DNA from: Candidatus Altiarchaeota archaeon
GTDB taxonomy: Archaea; Altiarchaeota; Altiarchaeia; IMC4; SCGC-AAA252-I15
Length of the DNA stretch: 64,000 bases
Reading direction: 5' to 3'
NCBI GenBank assembly: GCA_043800705.1
Contig: JAZDMS010000035.1
Coordinates: forward strand, 32,307-96,306
Positions 57,280-64,000 of this stretch are shown piece after piece (position 1 is the stretch's first letter; each line of letters begins with the position of its first letter). Made by a program: the position numbers and the translations under genes. Below the pieces are notes generated by a model. That model worked only from the letters and a program-made list of their open reading frames with translations, ran no database searches and was not told the DNA's origin.

Positions 57280-58598
57280 CTTAATGCGCCACCGATCTTT
57301 CTGAGGAACTCCGCGACCCTCGCGTCGTTGGCCTTGACGTCGTCCTTGATGAGCTCCACCGAGAAGCAGACGCTCTTCATGCCCGGGCCGATCTTCTGCC
57401 CCGTGTAGACGTCCCTGACGGATGCGCCGACGACGGCTTCCGCATTCCTTGCCAAGAGCTCCGCGATGAACGACTCGTCCGCCGACTCGCTGAGTACCGC
57501 GGAATAATCTTTCATGGTCGTCCCGTACTTCTGCCGCTTGTAGGCCGTCCTTTCCCTGTCGCCGAGTACGATGAGGTTGGAGAGCTTGAGCGCAGTCGAT
57601 TTGCCGCCGTCCCTCAGGACGACTTCCTCTGCGGAAACGGATTCGACGACCCCAAAGTGGACAACGCCGGAGTACATGTGCCTGAGGCATATCTCCCTTC
57701 CGACGCTGCCTTTCAGGGCCTTCAGCTCCGCGACGAGGCTGCCGATTGCCTTGTCGCTTCGTCCCATGCTCCGCTCCGTATCGCCGAAGTGCTTCGCCGC
57801 CTGAGCCATCATCGTGACGAATTCGGACTCCCTCTTTTCCCGCACCATGGCGCTGATCTCCGAGGCAGCCTTCAAGTATGCCGCGTGGGCGTCCAATACC
57901 TTCGGGTTCTGCATCTGTATCTCGGCGTAGAGGTAGGGGTCCTGGCCGATTATCCTGCCGACCATGTCGAGCATAAGGTCGTATATGGGGCTTGAGAACT
58001 GCCTGCTTTGCCGCACGTCGAAGCCAATGTCCAGAAGCGTCTTTCCGACGCTGATGTAGGTGAAGTGGGTGAGGCCTTGAACGACGGCCATGACCTCGTC
58101 GTGCTCCTTCGGGCTCGATTCGATGACCCTCGCGTCGTGCCTGACCAGGATGTCCCGAAGCCACTGCACCCGCTTCGTCCCCCGGACAGGGGTCAGCACG
58201 AAAATCTGGCCTTCCACTGAACCGACCCGCGGCCCGAATACGGGATGCGTCCCGCAGACCTCGACGTCCCTGCCCGCATGCTTGGCCATGAGCTCGCAAG
58301 GCCACTCCTTCACCGAAGTAAGGTCCATGAGGAGGCCGCCTGGCTTCACATGCGGAGCGACCTGTAGTATCGTGTCCTTCGTCGCGGCGATCGGGACCGT
58401 TATGACAACGACGTCGGCGCCCTTGACGGCCTTGACGTTGTCTTTCACGTACTGCGCACCAAGCTCCAGGGCAGCAGCCCTGCCCTTGGACTCCGTCGGC
58501 CCTGCGATTACCACAGAGCATCCCTCGGACTTGAAAAGCAGCGCCAAAATCCGCCCCATGCCGCCGTATCCGCCCACTACCGCAACCTGCACAGCCAT
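57276..58598 (-). CDS. tyrA: Prephenate dehydrogenase with C-terminal extension
   Basis: VGGYGGMG, DLTSVK, THPVFGP, EHDEVMAVVQGLTHF. Confidence 0.92.
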   Translation of the reverse strand: MAVQVAVVGGYGGMGRILALLFKSEGCSVVIAGPTESKGRAAALELGAQYVKDNVKAVKGADVVVITVPIAATKDTILQVAPHVKPGGLLMDLTSVKEWPCELMAKHAGRDVEVCGTHPVFGPRVGSVEGQIFVLTPVRGTKRVQWLRDILVRHDARVIESSPKEHDEVMAVVQGLTHFTYISVGKTLLDIGFDVRQSRQFSSPIYDLMLDMVGRIIGQDPYLYAEIQMQNPKVLDAHAAYLKAASEISAMVREKRESEFVTMMAQAAKHFGDTERSMGRSDKAIGSLVAELKALKGSVGREICLRHMYSGVVHFGVVESVSAEEVVLRDGGKSTALKLSNLIVLGDRERTAYKRQKYGTTMKDYSAVLSESADESFIAELLARNAEAVVGASVRDVYTGQKIGPGMKSVCFSVELIKDDVKANDARVAEFLRKIGGALR

Positions 58599-58637
58599 CC
58601 TTATATTATGCAATATTCAATATAATATCGATTTACG

Positions 58638-60209
58638 ATGTCCTACGACGATTATGGGGAATTGAGCCTAGAGCATGAATACCATAATCTCGCCAACGAC
58701 TATTATAAGATAGGGGAATTTGACAAGGCCATTGAACACTACAACAAGGCCCTCGAACTGAGACCTGACCTTCTGGAGACGTATTTCAACAGGGGCCTCG
58801 CATACACGAGGAAGGGCCTCTATGACAAGGCGATGGAGGACCTCAACAAGGTCATCGAACTGAATCCGAACCTGGCGGAGGCGTTCTATACGAGGGGGCT
58901 CGTCCACGAATACAAGCTCGAATACGACCTGGCCATCCTCGACTACAACAAGGCCCTGGAAGTCGACCCCAAATACTCGAAGGCGGAGACGCAGAGGCAG
59001 GTAGCATACAACAAGAAGGCCAGCCTCGCGGCGGGGGGAGGGGGCGGGGGGTTCCAGGGAGGCGGAGCAGGGCCTTCCACGCCCGGCGCGCCGGGAGGCG
59101 GTGACGGCCTCACGAAGTTCCAGGTGATGGAGAAGCCGAAGATGAGGTTCAAGGATGTCGCAGGCCTGGAGAAGATCAAGAACAAAATATTCGAATACAT
59201 CGTCTTCCCCCTGAGAAAGCCGGAGCTGTCGAAGAAGTACGGGAAGGAGGCGGGAGGCGGAGTAATCATGTACGGGCCCCCGGGATGCGGTAAGACGTTC
59301 ATCGCCAAGGCGGCGGCTGGGGAGTGCGAGGCCGCGTTCATCAGCATCAAGATGAGCGACATCGTCGACATGTACGCAGGTAATACGGAGAAGAACCTCC
59401 ACAACGCCTTCGAGACGGCAAGGAAGCACGTGCCGTGCATCCTCTTCTTCGACGAGATCGACGGCATCGCGGGCAAGCGTGAGGGGATGGACCAGGGCTT
59501 CGAGAAGAGGGCAATCAACCAGTTCCTCCTGGAGATGGATGGAGCTGAATACTCCAATGACGGGATACTCGCCATCGGCGCGACCAACGCCCCTTGGGAC
59601 ATTGACGCGGCCCTCAGGAGGGCGGGCCGTTTCAGCAAGATGATCTTCATCGGCGAGCCGGACACGAAGACGAGGAAGGATATCATGGCGCTGCACATGA
59701 GGAACAGGCCGTTCGTGAAGGGCCTCAACCTCGGAAGGATCGCGAGGATGACTGAGGGCTACTCCCCTGCGGACCTCGCAGAGCTCGTCGACGCCGCAGC
59801 CACGGTGCCGTGGCTTGAGGCCATCAACAACGGCAAGGAGAGGGTCATCACCTTTAAGGACTTCCTGAAGGTCACCTCCGGGGAGGATGCTGTGACGCCG
59901 TCGCTGCCGGCATGGTACGGGAGCGTCAAGAAGAAGCTCATTAAGGAGGAGGACAACGAGGACGACCAATACAAGAAGGGGTTCTGGCACGGCGTGTTCA
60001 TGGAGGCCGTCTCACTCGACAACCCAGACAGCCAGAGCCCGGCCTCCAGGCAGCAGACCGTAAAGCACAAACAGGAGCAGAAGGGCCTCGTCAACGAGGA
60101 GGAGCGCAGGCAGTTCAGCTCCATCATCAAGGACATCGAGAAGAGGACGGACGAGACCTACAAGATGATGAAGAAGTTCAGGATAATGTACGCCAGATAC
60201 GTGATGTGA
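58638..60209 (+). CDS. TPR-repeat AAA+ ATPase (CDC48/Vps4-like single AAA module)
   Basis: Three TPRs, Gly linker, GPPGCGKT, FFDEID, ATNAPWDIDAALRRAGRF. Confidence 0.92.
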   Translation: MSYDDYGELSLEHEYHNLANDYYKIGEFDKAIEHYNKALELRPDLLETYFNRGLAYTRKGLYDKAMEDLNKVIELNPNLAEAFYTRGLVHEYKLEYDLAILDYNKALEVDPKYSKAETQRQVAYNKKASLAAGGGGGGFQGGGAGPSTPGAPGGGDGLTKFQVMEKPKMRFKDVAGLEKIKNKIFEYIVFPLRKPELSKKYGKEAGGGVIMYGPPGCGKTFIAKAAAGECEAAFISIKMSDIVDMYAGNTEKNLHNAFETARKHVPCILFFDEIDGIAGKREGMDQGFEKRAINQFLLEMDGAEYSNDGILAIGATNAPWDIDAALRRAGRFSKMIFIGEPDTKTRKDIMALHMRNRPFVKGLNLGRIARMTEGYSPADLAELVDAAATVPWLEAINNGKERVITFKDFLKVTSGEDAVTPSLPAWYGSVKKKLIKEEDNEDDQYKKGFWHGVFMEAVSLDNPDSQSPASRQQTVKHKQEQKGLVNEEERRQFSSIIKDIEKRTDETYKMMKKFRIMYARYVM

Positions 60210-60224
60210 GCCGGGTCCCCCGGA

Positions 60225-61040
60225 CTATGCTGCGGTCTCGTCCCTTTTTATGCGCCAGACGTAGTATTTGCCGCTTTTTTCCTCCCTTACCTCCAGGGAT
60301 TTCTGGTTGTCGGGGTCTTGGGCTTCGGAGGCGGTCGCATGCAGCGTCGTGATGAATTTGTCGAGCATATCCCCTACTTTGCCCCTGTCCCCGCTGTCTC
60401 GGACAAGTTTCGCGTCGGTGAGCCGCTCAGGCAGGACGATAGCATATCCCTCAAGCGCCAGGAGGACTGCGATCTGCGGCAGGCAGCTGGTGAAGTAGCC
60501 GCCGGCCAATGTGACCTCGCCTCCTGGAGCCACCCTCCTTTTGACAGCATCGACGGCTTTTCGGTAGTCGGCCCCTATTCGTACGTACTTGTCGCTGCTT
60601 GAGGGCGCGATGTCGGGATGGAACCTCTTCTTCGTGCCTTTTTCTATCTTGTTCTCGGAATGGGTGTAGATGACCGGATCCCCGGACTGGTGATAGCCCT
60701 CCCGGGCAGAGCCTATCTCCCGTGCCAATTCCCCGATCTCGGCCATGCGCCTGCCGTGATCGACCTGCAACTCGTGAGGCAGGACGTCCAAAAGCTCGTT
60801 CACGAGTGCGGCGTTCATCTTCAGAGGCGCGCCCTCAGGGGACTCACCCCGCTTCACGGCCAGGAGATATTCCCTGAATGCAAGCCACTCGTCACGGCAT
60901 CCCTTCGCCTTGTCGGGCCTTACCGAATGTAGGCGCCTAAGATCGCCCGCGAGCTCCGGGAGCATCACGTCGAATGGACCGGGCGAGCGGGAACCGACAT
61001 CCACTGCGACCAGGCATCTGTTCCTTTTGAGCGCGCTCAT
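60225..61040 (-). CDS. Hypothetical protein, possible isochorismatase-like fold
   Basis: CLVAVDV and VTLAGGYFTSCL resemble cysteine-hydrolase motifs; ATG at 61040. Confidence 0.6.
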   Translation of the reverse strand: MSALKRNRCLVAVDVGSRSPGPFDVMLPELAGDLRRLHSVRPDKAKGCRDEWLAFREYLLAVKRGESPEGAPLKMNAALVNELLDVLPHELQVDHGRRMAEIGELAREIGSAREGYHQSGDPVIYTHSENKIEKGTKKRFHPDIAPSSSDKYVRIGADYRKAVDAVKRRVAPGGEVTLAGGYFTSCLPQIAVLLALEGYAIVLPERLTDAKLVRDSGDRGKVGDMLDKFITTLHATASEAQDPDNQKSLEVREEKSGKYYVWRIKRDETAA

Positions 61041-61071
61041 GCTTGGGATATTGGAAAGATAAAGAAAAAAG

Positions 61072-61102
61072 GAAGAAGTATCCCTACTTCTTCTTTTTCT
61101 TC
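61072..61102. repeat. Hairpin/Lys-tail repeat, copy 1
   Basis: 31 bp identical to 63931-63961; GAAGAAGTA-TCCC-TACTTCTTC. Confidence 0.9.
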
Positions 61103-61146
61103 GCCTTTCGGGATGCAGATTTCGAGGAGGCGGCCCCACATCCAGT

Positions 61147-61917
61147 CTAGGGGCACATTGAATGCCACCGCACCTTGTTTCCAATCACTTCGATGAGATT
61201 GCAGTGTTCGCCGACGGGATATGGGGAGCAGGAACCGCCGCATTGGTCGTTTTTGCACAGGTAATCCGAGCCACCATCATGATAGTAAATATAGTCATTG
61301 GTCTTCCTATTATAATGATTCAAAAAATACCGATAGTCCACTTCGCACTTGTCGATGCACTGGGAGGAATCGTTGCACGCCTTTCCGGCGTCGTCAAGAC
61401 GTCTTAGACAATTATAGGGGCCTATTTGCATCAGGAAGGTATACGGCTCTTCCCAATAACCGCCTTCCCCGAGGCATTTTTCCCCATATGTCGACACGGC
61501 TTGCTCCGCTTTGATCCAGCACATCCACCCCATCACTGTATCATGGCAGAAATAGGTCGCGAAAAACATATTATACGCCGAGATCACGACCATGAGAACC
61601 ATGGAGACTGCTAAAATTTTCCTATTCCTGCCGGAATCGAGCCTTTTTTCAATGGCGGTGGCAAGCATGTGGACAAGCTTGAAATAAATGAGCAACAGGA
61701 AAATCCAGACAATCCATGGACCTTGAACGCTAAGGGAGTGATAATCATTTAGGGATTCGGTGGTGAATAGGAGGGGAAAGAGTAGTATATGAAGTGCCCA
61801 AGATATGGATAGGGCGATAAGGTCCGTATTAGACGGTGTGAAAAAAAAACCGCAAAACACGGCCGGGATGAAAATCAAAAGGAAAACGAATAGTTTCCAC
61901 CTCGCCGTAAACTTCAC
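61147..61917 (-). CDS. Membrane protein with Cys-rich extracellular C-domain
   Basis: About 4 TM segments followed by C...GG.W...C....DAGK.C.DSSQC...C; AT-rich. Confidence 0.75.
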   Translation of the reverse strand: MKFTARWKLFVFLLIFIPAVFCGFFFTPSNTDLIALSISWALHILLFPLLFTTESLNDYHSLSVQGPWIVWIFLLLIYFKLVHMLATAIEKRLDSGRNRKILAVSMVLMVVISAYNMFFATYFCHDTVMGWMCWIKAEQAVSTYGEKCLGEGGYWEEPYTFLMQIGPYNCLRRLDDAGKACNDSSQCIDKCEVDYRYFLNHYNRKTNDYIYYHDGGSDYLCKNDQCGGSCSPYPVGEHCNLIEVIGNKVRWHSMCP

Positions 61918-61965
61918 TTTAAAGGTATTTGATGATTCGTATAAATATTGAAAGAAGAGGTGAAA

Positions 61966-62093
61966 TCACTTCTTCTTTTTCTTCTTCGCTTTCGGTTTGG
62001 CCTTCTTCTGGACGTTTCCGTGCTGGACCTGGGCTTGTGCGGCCGCGAGCCTCGCTATCGGGACCCTGTAGGGGCTGCAGCTGACGTAGTTTA
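61966..62093 (-). pseudogene. ppdK: Orphan 3'-end fragment of pyruvate,phosphate dikinase with Lys tail (copy 2)
   Basis: LNYVSCSPYRVPIARLAAAQA is the conserved PPDK C-terminus, followed by QKKAKPKAKKKKKK*. Confidence 0.85.
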
Positions 62094-62150
62094 AGCATAC
62101 GACCTGGGACATGGTCATAATTAAGCATACGACCTGGGACATGGTCATAA
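62091..62150. repeat. Perfect 30-bp tandem duplication
   Basis: ttaagcatacgacctgggacatggtcataa twice. Confidence 0.95.
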
Positions 62151-62199
62151 ACTGAAAAAGACAGGCTACATCCGGTGACATGCAGACTGTCTGTTGGCG

Positions 62200-63000
62200 C
62201 TAAAGCTTTAGGTCTGCTAATTTTAGCTTTAGAGTCCTTATGAATATCGACCAATCAGGCCGCATTTTCTGGGGGATGTAGTGGTTTGTGGAATTGCCGA
62301 CATATTTGCTTTTTGTTGCGATTGTTCCCAGTTTTTCTGCTGTCTTTCGGAGGAGTTCATTCGGGGATTCTTTTATCTTGTAGAATTCGGCTTGTATCTT
62401 AAGCGCATTTTTGAGCATATTTCTATCGTAATCAGTCTCCAGTCCGTAGAAGACGTCGTAGACGTCTTTGCCTTCCGTGCGCGAGTATAATGCCAGGATT
62501 TTTCCGGCCAGCAAGTCTTCGAGGGAGTATGTATTGAAAAATGCCGATTTTGAGGGAGCGTATGCTGAGGATATTAAAGTTTTTTCGGGCTTTTTTGCGC
62601 AGGCCAGTTTGTCGTGGCTCAGGTAGAATTCCATTCGTATGAGGTCTTTGACTCCTAGTTCGTTCTGGTAGCTGCAGTCGAATCTGAGAGTCCTGTGCAT
62701 GAGGCGTGCAGTGCCAATTTCAAATCCGTTTACGCCGTTCATCATCTTTCTCGTCTCTTCGATCTTTTTGTCCAGGGTCTGTGTTGACACGAGGTCCAGG
62801 TCTATGTCTTCGGAGAATCTGCCGACGCCTTGTTTTTGGAGATATATCCTATTGAGTGCCGTTCCGCCCTTGAGGACATATTCTTCCGGCAACCTGCCGG
62901 ACAACTCCGACAGGAGCGCCGAAATCTTTTCCTCCTTGGAGAGGTAATTCATCCCTAGCCCGGTTTTCAGGGAGAGTATCCTTAGTATGTCCTTATCCAC
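62200..63000 (-). CDS. AbiEii family nucleotidyltransferase toxin
   Basis: LKGGTAL, RFSEDIDL, KILAL..R...KDVYD. Confidence 0.92.
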   Translation of the reverse strand: MDKDILRILSLKTGLGMNYLSKEEKISALLSELSGRLPEEYVLKGGTALNRIYLQKQGVGRFSEDIDLDLVSTQTLDKKIEETRKMMNGVNGFEIGTARLMHRTLRFDCSYQNELGVKDLIRMEFYLSHDKLACAKKPEKTLISSAYAPSKSAFFNTYSLEDLLAGKILALYSRTEGKDVYDVFYGLETDYDRNMLKNALKIQAEFYKIKESPNELLRKTAEKLGTIATKSKYVGNSTNHYIPQKMRPDWSIFIRTLKLKLADLKL

Positions 63001-63793
63001 TCTGCCACCACGATAGTATCTTGTCCTCGCCTTCGTTGTCCGTCAACATCCACTCTCGGACATATTTGCCGGGGGTCTTGTTGTCCGGTATGAGCCTTGT
63101 TTTAGAGTTGATATTTTTCTTCAGGTAATCGATGAGATGAGCGGGGATGCGTTTATCCGTCTTCGTCTTGAGCAGGCCTAGTATGTATCCAGTCCTTTGC
63201 ATGAGTGAATGTGAAGCGAACAGTTCGAGATACTTTTGAAATTCGTCCCATTCAATTTTATCATCGAGGTATAAGGCATGCGTTAGAGTAGAGTATCCGC
63301 CCGCATATTGGGGCTTCATAAAACAGTCGAAGAATGTCTTGGCGCGTGTTGACGTGTAGAATCCTTTGTGAAGGGTTTCTCCAACTGCTTTTTGCCCCAT
63401 GGCAATGTAGTTGAACTCATATTCTCCGAGTTTGTATGAGGCGGATTTATCTTTTGTGATGACGAAGATGGTGAAGGGTTCGTAATCCAAGAGATCATAA
63501 AGCCGCAACGCAGATGAGAACCCCAGGTAGCCGCCATACAGCCGGGATGCTATCGCAAACGGCTCCATTATCTGCGGCTCTTTAGAAGGCTCCTCGTTGA
63601 CGAGGTATAGTCCCTTTTTCAGGGGGAAAAGATACCCTTTACGGGTCATGGAACTCAGTATCTTGTTGAGTTTAGCAGCTTCAATTTCAGGAAATATGCC
63701 CCTTAGCTCGCTATTGCCTAAAGCGCTGCCTGAAGCCTTTTTTATGACCCTGAAGACACCATCCTCAGACTGGGACAAGTTGATATTTTTCAT
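62993..63793 (-). CDS. AbiEi family antitoxin / wHTH regulator
   Basis: KGYLFPLKKGLY, YLGFSSALRLYDL, KTFFDC..KPQYAGG; overlaps the toxin start. Confidence 0.88.
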   Translation of the reverse strand: MKNINLSQSEDGVFRVIKKASGSALGNSELRGIFPEIEAAKLNKILSSMTRKGYLFPLKKGLYLVNEEPSKEPQIMEPFAIASRLYGGYLGFSSALRLYDLLDYEPFTIFVITKDKSASYKLGEYEFNYIAMGQKAVGETLHKGFYTSTRAKTFFDCFMKPQYAGGYSTLTHALYLDDKIEWDEFQKYLELFASHSLMQRTGYILGLLKTKTDKRIPAHLIDYLKKNINSKTRLIPDNKTPGKYVREWMLTDNEGEDKILSWWQSG

Positions 63794-63942
63794 GAGATAA
63801 TACTAATAATAGGTATTATCTACATATAAATATCAACGAATACACGTATGACTAAAAGCCAGCAAAGAAAAGATAAGGTAGTCAGGCCTCACAAACGAAG
63901 AGTTCATGGGCCTGTAAAAAGGGAAAAAATGAAGAAGTATCC

Positions 63943-63999
63943 CTACTTCTTCTTTTTCTTCTTCGCGGGTTTCGGCTTCTTCGCAGCCTTTTTCTGGGC
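63943..63999 (-). CDS. 3' end of a gene running off the window (AQKKAAKKPKPAKKKKKK*), probably ppdK
   Basis: Aligns with the tail of the PPDK fragment at 61966. The identity is inferred only. Confidence 0.55.
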   Translation of the reverse strand, partial: AQKKAAKKPKPAKKKKKK

Positions 64000-64000
64000 G

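Noticed and set aside
56788-58521. 577-aa ORF as a fusion or frameshift product
   Set aside because: Only the last ~163 aa (TIGR00725-like) look real; the rest is an alternate frame of tyrA.
58668-59990. 440-aa antisense ORF
   Set aside because: Mirror of the TPR-AAA gene.
61966-62181. 71-aa ORF as a genuine gene
   Set aside because: It is composed of a 30-bp duplication fused to a ppdK 3' fragment.

Overview
This is a GC-rich archaeal chromosomal segment, judged from TATA-type promoters, an intron-containing tRNA, an archaellin-like gene, a JAMM protease and a pyruvoyl ArgDC. The Thr/Cys-rich secreted proteins resemble those of Ca. Altiarchaeota, but that assignment is inference only. Contents in order: a sulfur cluster (cysS, tRNA-Cys, cysE, cysK, thiI, ArsR/NifU/ferredoxin operon, rhodanese, metX, metY, HTH regulator); polyamine genes; an oxidative-stress operon; a glycosylation cassette; thiC; tRNA-Arg(GCG); DNA-repair genes; thrC; several giant surface proteins; tyrA; a TPR-AAA ATPase; and an AT-rich tail with an AbiE toxin-antitoxin pair. 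Three signals stand out. (1) tRNA-Arg(GCG) sits inside an array of structured tRNA-derived units: two upstream tRNA-like units and four downstream hairpins that repeat the tRNA 3' end with variable but base-paired apical stems. (2) There appears to be a Cys/Met regulon: a shared palindrome TTAACNATNGTTAA at three promoters, a poly-Cys leader ORF before cysK, and a Cys-rich micro-ORF between metY and metX. (3) Three copies of a Lys-rich gene 3' end plus hairpin (one carrying the PPDK C-terminal motif) punctuate accessory genes like serial att sites. No CRISPR array, transposase or integrase was recognised. All calls are by eye; no searches were run.
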